DNA from: Parvibaculaceae bacterium
GTDB taxonomy: Bacteria; Pseudomonadota; Alphaproteobacteria; Parvibaculales; Parvibaculaceae
Assembly (NCBI GenBank): GCA_019636015.1
Contig: JAHBYJ010000001.1
Coordinates: 2,106,066 to 2,170,065, forward strand
DNA: 64,000 bases
Direction: 5' to 3'
Shown: in pieces, positions 27,668-37,599 of the stretch
Layout of the letters: every line of letters begins with the position of its first letter
Position numbering within the stretch: position 1 is the first letter of the stretch
The notes under the pieces: model-generated
Database searches by the model: none
The model's input: the letters and a program-made list of their open reading frames with translations, nothing else
Told to the model about the DNA's origin: nothing
Position numbers and translations under genes: made by a program

Positions 27668-29482
27668 ATGACCTTGCGTTCAAATTCGAAGCTCTGCCTT
27701 GGCGCCTTGTTTGCCGCGCTGGCCGTGCAGTTCTATGTGGGCGCCGCGGCGGCGGACGGCCCACGCCATGCCATCGCCATGCACGGCGAGCCCCTCTATC
27801 CGGAGGACTTCACCCATTTCGCCTACGCCAATCCGGACGCGCCAAAGGGCGGCGCCATTACCTATGGCGCCGCGGGCTCCTTCGACAGTCTCAATCCCTT
27901 CATCGTCCGGGGCACCTCGGCGCTCGGCCTGCGCGAGCATGTCTTCGAAAGCCTCCTGGCACGGGGCTACGACGAGCCCTTCAGCCTTTACGGCCTTCTT
28001 GCCGAAACGGTCGAAGTCCCGGACGACCGGAGCTGGGTCGCCTTCACCCTGAATCCCCAAGCTCGCTTCTCCGATGGAATGCCCGTCACGCTGGACGATG
28101 TCGTCTTCTCGCTGGAAACGCTGCGGGACAAGGGACGGCCCAACTACAAGACCTATTACTCCAAGGTGGAAAGCATCGAGCGCATCGGTGAGCGGACCAT
28201 AAAGCTCCACTTCGCGCCGGATGGTGATCGGGAAATCCCGATGATCCTCGGCCTCATGCCGATTATTCCGAAACATGTCTATGAGAAGCGCGACTTCGGC
28301 GCCGCCAACTTCGAGACACCCGTCGGAAGCGGGCCCTACACGGTCGAGCGGACCGTCCCCGGACGGCGCATCGTCTATCGCCGCGATCCGGCCTATTGGG
28401 GCCGCGACCTGCCTGTGAATGCCGGCCACTACAACATCGACATCGTCACCTACGAATATTTCCGCGATACCAATTCCTCCTTCGAAGCGTTCAAGACCGG
28501 CGTCTATCACGCCCGCCCGGAGGACGACCCGGGCCGCTGGGCCACGAGTTACGATTTTCCGGCTCTGCGGGACGGGCGGGTGCGGAAGGAAACATTCCAG
28601 ACCGGCCTGCCCTCCGGCATGTATGCCCTCGTCTTCAACACACGCCGGCCTGTCTTCGCCGACAGGCGCGTCCGCGAAGCATTGATCGAGCTCTTCAATT
28701 TCGAATGGGCGAACCGCAACCTCTACTTCGGATCCTATGTCCGGACGCAGAGCTTCTTCGACAACTCGGAGCTTGGTTCCGCCCGGCGTCCGGCTGATAT
28801 CCGCGAGCGCGAGCTACTTGCGCCCTTCCCCCGCGCTGTCACCCCGGAAATCATGGCCCATGGCTGGCGGGCGCCGGAGGGCGATGCTGCGGGACAGGAT
28901 CGCGCCGCGCGTGCCCGCGCCATCGCGCTTTTGAAACAGGCCGGATACGAGTTGCGGAACGGCGTGATGACGGATGTGAACAACGGGCGCCCTCTCCGCT
29001 TCGAAATTCTCGTGGCGACGCCGCCGGAAGAACGCCTCGCTCTCACCTATACGCGGATGGCAAGCCGCATCGGTCTCTCCATCGCGGTGCGGAACGTCGA
29101 TCCGAGCCAGTATCAGGAACGGCGCAACAACTACGACTACGATACGATCTTCAACAGCTGGTTTTCCTCGCTCTCTCCCGGCAACGAGCAAGGCTTCTAT
29201 TGGGGCTCCGCCGCAGCCGATATGCCAGGAACGCGAAATTACATGGGAGCGAAGGAACCGGCTGTCGACGCCATGATCGAAGCGATGCTCGCGGCGCGGA
29301 CACGCGAAGACTTTGCTGCGGCGGTACGCGCCATGGATCGCGCGCTTCTGTCGGGCGCCTACATGATCCCGCTTTTCCATCAGCCCGAACAATGGGTCGC
29401 GTTGTGGCGCAAGGTGAAGCTGCCGGAGAAGACATCGCTCTACGGCTATCGCAGCTCGACTTGGTGGATCGAAGAAAACTAG
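27668..29482 (+). CDS. ABC peptide-binding protein, family 5 (YejA-like)
   Basis: HAIAMHGEP, YANPDAPKGG and FDSLNPF motifs. Confidence 0.9.
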   Translation: MTLRSNSKLCLGALFAALAVQFYVGAAAADGPRHAIAMHGEPLYPEDFTHFAYANPDAPKGGAITYGAAGSFDSLNPFIVRGTSALGLREHVFESLLARGYDEPFSLYGLLAETVEVPDDRSWVAFTLNPQARFSDGMPVTLDDVVFSLETLRDKGRPNYKTYYSKVESIERIGERTIKLHFAPDGDREIPMILGLMPIIPKHVYEKRDFGAANFETPVGSGPYTVERTVPGRRIVYRRDPAYWGRDLPVNAGHYNIDIVTYEYFRDTNSSFEAFKTGVYHARPEDDPGRWATSYDFPALRDGRVRKETFQTGLPSGMYALVFNTRRPVFADRRVREALIELFNFEWANRNLYFGSYVRTQSFFDNSELGSARRPADIRERELLAPFPRAVTPEIMAHGWRAPEGDAAGQDRAARARAIALLKQAGYELRNGVMTDVNNGRPLRFEILVATPPEERLALTYTRMASRIGLSIAVRNVDPSQYQERRNNYDYDTIFNSWFSSLSPGNEQGFYWGSAAADMPGTRNYMGAKEPAVDAMIEAMLAARTREDFAAAVRAMDRALLSGAYMIPLFHQPEQWVALWRKVKLPEKTSLYGYRSSTWWIEEN

Positions 29483-29647
29483 AGTGACGGGACGTCCTTT
29501 CAAGTCTTCGCGATGAACTTCTTTCCTTTCTGTAAATAGCGGGAAGCTGTTAGGCTTTCGCCCGAACCAGCTCGCGTCTTGAAAGCTGGGGCTGTGTTGC
29601 GGGGCACGAAAGAGACGCCGGGCCGACCTGAGTAACGGGAGGATCCG

Positions 29648-31000
29648 ATGACGCAAACGCCCCGCCGCATGCTCCTTGCGGCGACCAGCATTCTCGTGAC
29701 GGCAAGTGTATTTCCTGCGGCGGTGCTGGCGGCAGGCTTCGCCATTCGCGAACAATCCACATCCGCGCAGGGTAGTTCGTTTGCCGGCGTGTCGGCGGGT
29801 GGCGAAGACATCAGCACCGTCTTCTACAACCCCGCAACGCTCACGCTTCACAAGGGCATCAACGTCTCGGGCCAGGCATCGTGGATCATCCCGGATGTGG
29901 AACTCGGCAATGCCTCCGCCTCCACCGCTCTCGGCACGCCGATAGCGGGTGGCACCTCGGGCAATATCGCCCCGCAGGCGCTCGTCCCCTCCTTCTATGC
30001 CTCATGGCAGGTATCGCCGGACTGGTTCCTCGGCCTCTCCTTCAACGCGCCGTTCGGCCTCACCACCTCGGCAGATAGCGGTTGGATCGGCCGCTATCAT
30101 GCGCTTGGCTCCCGCATGCGGACCTACAACGCGCAGCCCATCCTCGCCTGGCAGGCAACGCCCTGGCTGTCCGTCGGTGGCGGCGCTCAGGTGCAATATA
30201 CGGATGCCCGCCTCACCAGCGCGATCGACTTCGGCACCATAGGTACCGCGCAAGGCGTGCCCGGCGGCTCGCCGGGAGACCCGGCACAGGATGGCTTCGC
30301 TGCAATCGAAGGCGACGACTGGTCCTACGGCTATTCGCTCGGTGTGCTCATCACGCCCGAGCCGCGCACGCGCATCGGCATCGGCTACCGCTCGGCCATG
30401 GACATCGACCTCGAAGGCAGCGCCGAGTTCGGCCTCAGCGCCTATGGCGAGCTTCTCGCCCTGGTCTCCGGCGCTTTCCAGCCGACAGGCGGCCGGGCCT
30501 CCATCACCACACCGGAAATGCTGTCGCTCGGCGTGAAGCACGACATTGCCCCGGACTGGACCATCGGCGCCGAAATCGCCTGGACACGCTGGAGCCGCTT
30601 CGACCGCCTGATCGTCGATTTCGACAATCCGAACCAGCCCAGCGATCTGACGGAGGAGGACTGGGAAGACAGCATGTTCCTCGCCCTCGGCGTCACCTGG
30701 CGGGCGAACGAGAAGCTGCGGCTTCGCAGCGGCGTCGCCTTCGACGAGGGCGTCGTCCCGGCCTCGGACCGGCGCACCCCGCGCATTCCGGACTCCGACC
30801 GCTACTGGATCTCCGCCGGCGTCGGCTACGATATCACCGAGAACATGACGTTCGATGCCGCCTACACCCATATCTACTCACCCAAGGCAAACATGAACCT
30901 CGATGCGAGCGATCCCGGCAACGATGCCCGCGGCAATCTGAGCGGTACTTTCTCGTCCTCCGCCGATATCCTGAGCACGAGCCTCACCATGCGGTTCTAA
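29648..31000 (+). CDS. FadL/TodX family outer-membrane transporter
   Basis: AGFAIREQS, FYNPA and PRIPDSDR motifs; C-terminal Phe. Confidence 0.92.
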   Translation: MTQTPRRMLLAATSILVTASVFPAAVLAAGFAIREQSTSAQGSSFAGVSAGGEDISTVFYNPATLTLHKGINVSGQASWIIPDVELGNASASTALGTPIAGGTSGNIAPQALVPSFYASWQVSPDWFLGLSFNAPFGLTTSADSGWIGRYHALGSRMRTYNAQPILAWQATPWLSVGGGAQVQYTDARLTSAIDFGTIGTAQGVPGGSPGDPAQDGFAAIEGDDWSYGYSLGVLITPEPRTRIGIGYRSAMDIDLEGSAEFGLSAYGELLALVSGAFQPTGGRASITTPEMLSLGVKHDIAPDWTIGAEIAWTRWSRFDRLIVDFDNPNQPSDLTEEDWEDSMFLALGVTWRANEKLRLRSGVAFDEGVVPASDRRTPRIPDSDRYWISAGVGYDITENMTFDAAYTHIYSPKANMNLDASDPGNDARGNLSGTFSSSADILSTSLTMRF

Positions 31001-31062
31001 GGCTCGCATCTGCGCCCGTCTTGTTGCTATCCTTCGGAAAAAGAATCCGAGGGGAGGACTGA

Positions 31063-31986
31063 ATGAGAGACCGGATCGGGCAGTGGCAGGCGCGCCTGTC
31101 CCTGCCGCTTGTCGCCGCGCCGATGTTCCTGATTTCGGGGCCGGAGCTTGTGCTCGCCGCCTGCCGTAATGGCGTGATCGGCAGCTTCCCGACACCCAAC
31201 GCGCGAACCGTCGCCGATCTCGACCAATGGCTCGACCGGATCACGTCCGGTTTGACGGAAAAAGATGCGCCCTGGGCCGCGAATGTCGTCGTCCACCGTT
31301 CCAATTCGCGGCTCGACGAGGACCTCGATCTCGTCATGCGCTACAAGGCGCCGCTCGTCATCACCGCACTCGGCAGCCCCCGCGCCATTGTGGAGCGCGT
31401 ACATGATTATGGCGGTCTTGTATTTGCGGATGTGAACTCCGTGCCCTTCGCGCGCAAGGCCGTGGAAACGGGCGTTGACGGACTTGTCCTCGTCGCGGCA
31501 GGCGCAGGCGGTCACACCGGCAACATGACCGGCTTTTCCTTCGTACCGGCGGTGCGCGAATTTTTCGACGGCCCGGTGATCCTTGGAGGCGGCATCACCG
31601 ATGGCGCTGGTATTCGCGCCGCGGAAGTGCTGGGCGCCGATCTCGCCTATATGGGCACGCGCTTCATCGCCTGCGAAGAAAGCCTCGCCGCACCGGAGTA
31701 CCGCGACATGCTGGTGAACTCCACGGTGGAAGATCTCATTCTCACCCGTGCGATCACCGGTGTCGCCGCGAACTGGCTGAAGCCAAGCATCGCGCGCGCG
31801 GGATACGATCTCGACGCGATGGAAAAGAACCCGGATGTCGATTTCACCGATCCGCAATCCGGCGCGAAGCGCTGGGCGCATGTCTGGTCGGCCGGCCATG
31901 GCGTCGGCCTGATCGACCGGACGGAACCTGTGGCAAGTCTCGTCGCGCGGCTGAAGGCGGAATACGAGGAAGCACGAAAGAGATAA
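31063..31986 (+). CDS. Nitronate monooxygenase family flavoprotein
   Basis: AAPMFLIS, GAGGHTG and YMGTRFIA motifs. Confidence 0.88.
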   Translation: MRDRIGQWQARLSLPLVAAPMFLISGPELVLAACRNGVIGSFPTPNARTVADLDQWLDRITSGLTEKDAPWAANVVVHRSNSRLDEDLDLVMRYKAPLVITALGSPRAIVERVHDYGGLVFADVNSVPFARKAVETGVDGLVLVAAGAGGHTGNMTGFSFVPAVREFFDGPVILGGGITDGAGIRAAEVLGADLAYMGTRFIACEESLAAPEYRDMLVNSTVEDLILTRAITGVAANWLKPSIARAGYDLDAMEKNPDVDFTDPQSGAKRWAHVWSAGHGVGLIDRTEPVASLVARLKAEYEEARKR

Positions 31987-32031
31987 GAACGGGAACGAAT
32001 GTTCCTGCATGAAGCTTTGGGAGGAGCGCTC

Positions 32032-33693
32032 ATGATACTGGCATCGAAGGCGGACATCGCAGCCCACACGGCGGCAGGCTGGTGGGGCACCGAAACCGTC
32101 AGCGCCCGCTTCCGCGCCAATGCGGCCGCAACACCCGACCGCCTCGCCGTCGCCGATCCGCCGAACCGCGAGGAGATCGATGGCACCGGGCCCAAGCGTC
32201 TCACGTATCGCGAGTTGCAGGAACTTTCAGATGCGATCGCCACCGGCTTTCTCGATGCCGGATTGCAGAAGGGCGATGTCGTCGCCGTCCAATTGCCCAA
32301 CACGGCGGACCTCGTCGCCGTCTATTTCGCGGCGTGGCGGGCCGGCCTCATCGTGACGCCCTTTCCCGTGCAATGGCGCGCGCATGAACTGGGCGATGTG
32401 CTGAATTTCGTCGACGCGAAAGCCGCAGTCACTGCGCGCTCGATCCGCGGTCACGATCACGGCGCCATGTTCGCGGAACTGAAATCGAAATGCCCCGCCC
32501 TCGCCCATGTCTTCGTCGCAGGCGAAACGGCATGGCCCGACGCCGATGCGAAGCGCCTCGATGCGCTGCCGCAGGCGGATGCCAATGAGGCCGCGACGAT
32601 CTGCTGGACCTCCGGCACGGAGGCGCGGCCCAAAGGCGTGCCCCGCAGCCACAATCACTGGATGATCGCAGGTCTTGCCTGCACCGATGCCGCACAATTG
32701 CAGCCGGGCGATGCCGTGCTCAATCCCTTCCCGCTCGTCAACATGGCGGCCATTGGCGGCTGTTTCATGCCTTGGCTGCTGACGGGCGGCACGCTGGTAC
32801 AGCACCACCCGTTCGACCTGCCGGTCTTCCTGCGTCAGCTCGTCGGGGAGAAGATCGCCTATACGGTCGCGCCGCCCGCCGTGCTCACCCTGCTGCTGAA
32901 GGAAGAGAAGCTCATGGCGAGCCTCGACTTCTCTCATGTCCGCAGCATCGGCTCGGGCTCCGCGCCGCTCTCGCCCTGGATGGTGAAGACATGGCAGGAG
33001 CAATATGGCCTGCCCATCGTGAACATCTTCGGCTCGAACGAAGGCACCTGCCTCATTTCCGGCGCGGGCGATGTGCCGGACCCGGAGGAACGCGCGCAGT
33101 TCTTCCCCCGCTTCGGCGTGAAGGGTCTTCAATGGCCGGCAAAAATTGCCGGTGCCGTCGAAACAAAATTGATCGACCTCCAAACGGGTGAGGAAATCAC
33201 CGAACCCGGCAAGCCCGGCGAACTTCTCATCAAGGGCGCGACGCTTTTCGCTGGCTATTACCGTGCGGGCGATGGCGGCGGCCCCGCCGATGCCATCGAC
33301 AAGGACGGGTTCTTCCGCACCGGTGACGTCTTTGAAATCGCCGGCCCCGGCAACCGCTACTACCGCTTCGTGGAGCGCGCGAAGGACATCATCATCCGCG
33401 GCGGCATGAACATTTCGCCGGGCGAGATCGACGGTTTGCTCGCAGGCCTGCCCAAGATCAAGGAAGCCGCCGTCGTCGGCTATGCGGACCCCGTGATGGG
33501 CGAACGCATCTGTGCCGTCGCCGTTCCTGCCGATGGCGAAACGCTGACGCTCGACGATATCCGCAGCCACCTCGCGAAAGCCGACATCGCCGCCTACAAA
33601 CTGCCCGAACGCCTCGAACTCGCCCCCGCCCTCCCGCGCAACCCGCTCGGCAAGGTGCTCAGGCGCGAACTGAGATCGATGATCGGGGAGTAG
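32032..33693 (+). CDS. Acyl-CoA synthetase (AMP-binding, class I)
   Basis: WTSGTEARPKG, FRTGD and RNPLGKV motifs; GGAGGAG RBS. Confidence 0.9.
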   Translation: MILASKADIAAHTAAGWWGTETVSARFRANAAATPDRLAVADPPNREEIDGTGPKRLTYRELQELSDAIATGFLDAGLQKGDVVAVQLPNTADLVAVYFAAWRAGLIVTPFPVQWRAHELGDVLNFVDAKAAVTARSIRGHDHGAMFAELKSKCPALAHVFVAGETAWPDADAKRLDALPQADANEAATICWTSGTEARPKGVPRSHNHWMIAGLACTDAAQLQPGDAVLNPFPLVNMAAIGGCFMPWLLTGGTLVQHHPFDLPVFLRQLVGEKIAYTVAPPAVLTLLLKEEKLMASLDFSHVRSIGSGSAPLSPWMVKTWQEQYGLPIVNIFGSNEGTCLISGAGDVPDPEERAQFFPRFGVKGLQWPAKIAGAVETKLIDLQTGEEITEPGKPGELLIKGATLFAGYYRAGDGGGPADAIDKDGFFRTGDVFEIAGPGNRYYRFVERAKDIIIRGGMNISPGEIDGLLAGLPKIKEAAVVGYADPVMGERICAVAVPADGETLTLDDIRSHLAKADIAAYKLPERLELAPALPRNPLGKVLRRELRSMIGE

Positions 33694-34452
33694 TCACCGC
33701 GGATCTTTCGAGAAGATCGCCTCGAGGCTCGTCATGTTCATGCCGTGTTTGACGTAGTTGTACGGCGTGACGTTGACGGATTTGATGATCGCGCGCTGGA
33801 TTTCCGTGCCGAGGCTGCCATCGGCGGCGGGTACCATGTCGAAATCGATCACGTTGATGCAGGCCGGGTCCTGCTCGAAGGCGCGCACGGCAGAAAGCGC
33901 ACGGGCGAGCGAACATCCCGCCGCCGCCCAGCCGAGCAACAGCCGGTTGATGCCTTCATGCGCGGTGATGAGCATGGTGTGCCAGCCGGGTTCGGCAAGC
34001 AGCCGCTCTACGGAGCGCACGGCGCGGCGCAGCGCATCCTCGAACACTTCGCCGCCGTCGAGCATCGTCGCACCCGGCTCACCGGCCATGTCGAAATGAT
34101 AGGCCATCCGGGCGGCAAGCTCCGCCCGGCTCGAAATCTTGCCGAAGCTGCCGCCATGAATTTCGACGAGCTCCGGCTCTTCCTCGAGGAAGGGCGCCTT
34201 GCCCTCCTGCCCCGCAAGCACGAACTCCGCCGTCTGCCTCGTGCGTGGAACGCCGGAGCAAACCGCGCGGTCGAGCGTCACATGCGACAGCGCGACGCCC
34301 GCCGCCTTCGCCTGCTCCTGCCCGAGCGGCGTCAGCGGCACCACTTTCGTGTCGCCGCCCGCCGCCATGATCTCGGGGCCGAAATAATCGACATGGCCGT
34401 GACGCATCAGATAGATGCGCCGCCGGCCCGTCGTGCCGGGAAGTGCGCTCAA
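33694..34452 (-). CDS. Histidine phosphatase family protein
   Basis: RHG motif and AHEG; TTG start overlaps the CaiB gene stop. Confidence 0.85.
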   Translation of the reverse strand: MSALPGTTGRRRIYLMRHGHVDYFGPEIMAAGGDTKVVPLTPLGQEQAKAAGVALSHVTLDRAVCSGVPRTRQTAEFVLAGQEGKAPFLEEEPELVEIHGGSFGKISSRAELAARMAYHFDMAGEPGATMLDGGEVFEDALRRAVRSVERLLAEPGWHTMLITAHEGINRLLLGWAAAGCSLARALSAVRAFEQDPACINVIDFDMVPAADGSLGTEIQRAIIKSVNVTPYNYVKHGMNMTSLEAIFSKDPR

Positions 34453-35579
34453 ATCGCTTCCGCTTTCTTGAGGCCGACGACATCGCCGTCGGAGAAGCCC
34501 CAATCCTTGAGCGCGCTTTCCGTGTGCTCGCCGATCATGGGCGCGGGGCCCTGGATCTTCGATTCCGTGCGCGAGAAACGCGGTGCGATATTGGGCTGCG
34601 CCACGCCGTCGATCTCGACGATGGTCTCACGCGCCTTGTTATGCGGATGGTTGATCGCCTCCTTGATCGAAAGGACCGGCGCGAAGCAGATATCCGTGCC
34701 TTCCATGATCGCGCACCACTCGTCGCGCGTCTTGGTCTTGAAGACCTCTTCGATCTTCTTCTTCATCGCGGGCCACTGCGCCCGGTCCATCTGCGCATCC
34801 CACAGGCTGTCGGTCAGCCCCGCCTTCTCGCGCAGGATCGCATAGAACTGCGGCTCGATGGAGCCGATGGAAATCCACTTGCCGTCCTTCGTCTCATAGG
34901 TGTCGTAGAAATGCGCCCCGCCATCGAGCATGTTCGTGCCATGCGGCTCCTGCCACATGCCGGAGGCCGTGAAGCCGTAGAACATGGCCATGAGCGAGGT
35001 TGCGCCGTCCGTCATCGCGGCATCGACCACCTGGCCCTTGCCGCTGCGCTGCGCTTCGACAAGCGCGGCGAGCATGCCCATGGCGAGATAGAGCGCGCCG
35101 CCGCCGAAATCGCCGACAAGGTTGAGCGGCGGCACCGGCTTCTCGCCCGGACGGCCGATCGCATGCAGCGCGCCGGTGAGCGAGATGTAGTTGATGTCAT
35201 GGCCGGCAGCCATCGCGAGCGGGCCGGTCTGGCCCCAGCCGGTCATGCGGCCATAGACGAGCTTCGGATTGCGCTTCAGGCAGACATCGGGCCCGAGGCC
35301 GAGACGTTCCATCACGCCGGGGCGGAAACCTTCCTGCAGGATGTCCGCCTTCTCGATCAGCTTGAGACAGGCTTCCACAGATTCCGGCTTCTTCAGGTCG
35401 AGCGCCACCGAGCGGCGGCCGCGCGATCCGATGTCGTATTTGGAGCCGCCCTTCGCGCCCTTGCGGTCGATGCGGATGATGTCCGCGCCCATATCGGACA
35501 GCAGCATGGCGCAGAAGGGGCCCGGCCCGATGCCTGCAAATTCGATGACCTTGATACCGCTCAGGGGTCCGCTGCCCAT
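34449..35579 (-). CDS. CaiB/BaiF family III CoA-transferase / alpha-methylacyl-CoA racemase
   Basis: [27 protein letters not shown] and NLVGDFGGG motifs. Confidence 0.92.
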   Translation of the reverse strand: MGSGPLSGIKVIEFAGIGPGPFCAMLLSDMGADIIRIDRKGAKGGSKYDIGSRGRRSVALDLKKPESVEACLKLIEKADILQEGFRPGVMERLGLGPDVCLKRNPKLVYGRMTGWGQTGPLAMAAGHDINYISLTGALHAIGRPGEKPVPPLNLVGDFGGGALYLAMGMLAALVEAQRSGKGQVVDAAMTDGATSLMAMFYGFTASGMWQEPHGTNMLDGGAHFYDTYETKDGKWISIGSIEPQFYAILREKAGLTDSLWDAQMDRAQWPAMKKKIEEVFKTKTRDEWCAIMEGTDICFAPVLSIKEAINHPHNKARETIVEIDGVAQPNIAPRFSRTESKIQGPAPMIGEHTESALKDWGFSDGDVVGLKKAEAI

Positions 35580-35746
35580 CCGTCTCACTCCCTAGGTTCC
35601 ACGTCCCGTTTGCCGGGCCGCCATTTCCGTTGATTGGCCTGATTTGTACAGGCTGGCGAAAGCCGCGTAAACGTTTCGAGATGCCGCCGCGACCTGACGC
35701 AGCGTCCCGCTTGCGAAGCGTTTGGCGCAGTCTTACAAAGCTCGGC

Positions 35747-37306
35747 ATGGCCTTACCCGCTCCCTCCATCGCCCGCGGTTTTACCGGCGAGCCCTGCCCC
35801 GCCCGCTTCAACATGGCGCGCTATTGTCTGGCCGCGGCAGCGGAGCGTACGCCGCTCAAGACCGCGCTGATCGTCGTCTCCCATGCCGATGCGCCGCTCG
35901 AACATGCGGAGCACTGGACCTATGGCGAGCTTGACCTCGCGGTGCGCAGCGTCGCCGCCGGTCTGCTGGCCGAAGGATTCAGGCCGGGCGAAAGGCTGAT
36001 GATCCGTATGCCGAACACGTCCGACTATGCGCTGATGTTTTTTGGTGCCCTGGCGGCGGGTATCGTGCCGCTGCCTTCTTCCTCGCAGCTCACCGCCGCC
36101 GAAGCGGATTTCCTGCTGTCGGACTCCGCGGCCGCCGCCATTGCCGTCGCACCCGGCATGGAAGTGAGTGGCGCCCCCGGCGTCAAAATCCTCGCGCCCG
36201 ATTCCATCGCGCGCCTGAAGCTCCACGAACCGCTCAAATCCTATGCCGATACCGGCGCGAACGATCCCGCCTTCCTCGTCTATACATCCGGCACAAGCGG
36301 TCGCCCGAAAGGCGTGCTTCACGCGCAGCGCAGCGCCTGGGGCCGCCGTCCCATGTATGGCGGCTGGTACGGCATAGAACAGACGGACACGATCCTCCAT
36401 GCCGGCGCCTTCAACTGGACCTATACGCTCGGCGTCGGCCTCACCGACCCCTGGGCGAATGGCGCGACGACCGTTCTCTACAACGGCGACAAGGATGTGC
36501 AGGTCTGGCCGAAGCTGATGGCGAAGACGGGCGCCACCATGTTCGCCGCCGTGCCGACGCTCTATCGCCAGATCCTGAAATATTGCGATCTCGCGCAATT
36601 CGATCTGAGGCAGCTCCGCCACGGTCTGACAGCGGGTGAAGCGCTCTCGCCCGCCTTGCTCGACCAATGGCGCGCGGCGACGGGCAAGGAACTCTACGAA
36701 GCCCTCGGCATGAGCGAATGCTCGACCTATGTCTCGACCGCGCCGGGCATGGACATCCGCGCCGGAAGCCCCGGCAGGCCGCAGCCCGGCCGCTGCGTCG
36801 CCGCGCTTCCCCTTGATGGCGGAACGGAACCGCTGCCGCCCGGCGAGACGGGCCTCCTCGCTGTCCATCGCTCCGACCCCGGCCTGATGCTCGGCTATTG
36901 GCGGCGGCCGGAGGAAGAAGCGGAGGTCTATCGCGGCGAATGGTTCATCGGCGGCGATCTCGCCCGCTTCGATGAGGACGGTTACATGTGGTACGAAGGC
37001 CGCGCCGACGATGTGATGAACCCGATGGGTTATCGCGTCTCGCCCCAGGAAGTGGAAGCGGCGCTTTCCGGCCACCCCGATATTCAGGAAGCGGCCGTCA
37101 CCGAAATGCATGTGCGCGAAGGCGTCAGCATCGTTGCGGCTTTCGTCGTGCCAAAGGAAGCATCCGAGCCCGATGCAGCTTCGATCCTCGCCTGGGCGCA
37201 TGAGCGGCTCGCCGCATACAAATGCCCGAAAGAAATTGTCTTCGTGGATTCCTTGCCGCGCACGGCCAATGGCAAGGTCATGCGCCGGGCGCTGCAGAAG
37301 GGCTAG
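35747..37306 (+). CDS. Acyl-CoA synthetase (AMP-binding)
   Basis: YTSGTSGRPKG, GMSE, GRADD and RTANGK motifs. Confidence 0.9.
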   Translation: MALPAPSIARGFTGEPCPARFNMARYCLAAAAERTPLKTALIVVSHADAPLEHAEHWTYGELDLAVRSVAAGLLAEGFRPGERLMIRMPNTSDYALMFFGALAAGIVPLPSSSQLTAAEADFLLSDSAAAAIAVAPGMEVSGAPGVKILAPDSIARLKLHEPLKSYADTGANDPAFLVYTSGTSGRPKGVLHAQRSAWGRRPMYGGWYGIEQTDTILHAGAFNWTYTLGVGLTDPWANGATTVLYNGDKDVQVWPKLMAKTGATMFAAVPTLYRQILKYCDLAQFDLRQLRHGLTAGEALSPALLDQWRAATGKELYEALGMSECSTYVSTAPGMDIRAGSPGRPQPGRCVAALPLDGGTEPLPPGETGLLAVHRSDPGLMLGYWRRPEEEAEVYRGEWFIGGDLARFDEDGYMWYEGRADDVMNPMGYRVSPQEVEAALSGHPDIQEAAVTEMHVREGVSIVAAFVVPKEASEPDAASILAWAHERLAAYKCPKEIVFVDSLPRTANGKVMRRALQKG

Positions 37307-37482
37307 TGCGTCTCCGTCAGCGCCTCATGCCGGGCGTCGCCTTTGTCCGTCTCGGCCGCGAAGCTCACCTCGACCTGCCTGACCCGGTCGACCAGCGCAA
37401 TGGTCGCCGTCACGGGGCTCGCATCGAGCGCCCAGACGCAGAGAAAGAAACCGGCCACAATGCCGACGATGAAATTGGACAT
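37303..37482 (-). CDS. Small hypothetical membrane protein (59 aa), paralog of 39169-39468
   Basis: GAAGG RBS; FIVGIVAGFFLCVW matches LIGGFILGFFACVW of the paralog. Confidence 0.65.
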   Translation of the reverse strand: MSNFIVGIVAGFFLCVWALDASPVTATIALVDRVRQVEVSFAAETDKGDARHEALTETH

Positions 37483-37547
37483 GGCGCCTTCGGCAGTCCG
37501 CCCGCTCCCGCAACGAATCGATCTGCAAAGCGTGTGGCTGGAACCAT

Positions 37548-37576
37548 AAAAACACAAGTAAAATCAATGACTTGTG
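37548..37576 (-). terminator. Putative putP terminator
   Basis: Minus strand CACAAGT-N10-ACTTGTG followed by TTTTT. Confidence 0.45.
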
Positions 37577-37599
37577 CCATTATGAGACGTTGGCAAAGC

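Noticed and set aside
27668-29482. Solute-binding protein without adjacent permeases
   Set aside because: The hspQ-ialB-YejA-like neighbourhood is, as far as I recall, common in this group, so it is not unusual
31992-32005. GGAAC-GAAT-GTTCC short palindrome before the acyl-CoA ligase
   Set aside because: Only 5-bp arms; it fits neither the alphaproteobacterial LexA box (GTTC-N7-GTTC) nor EcfG spacing
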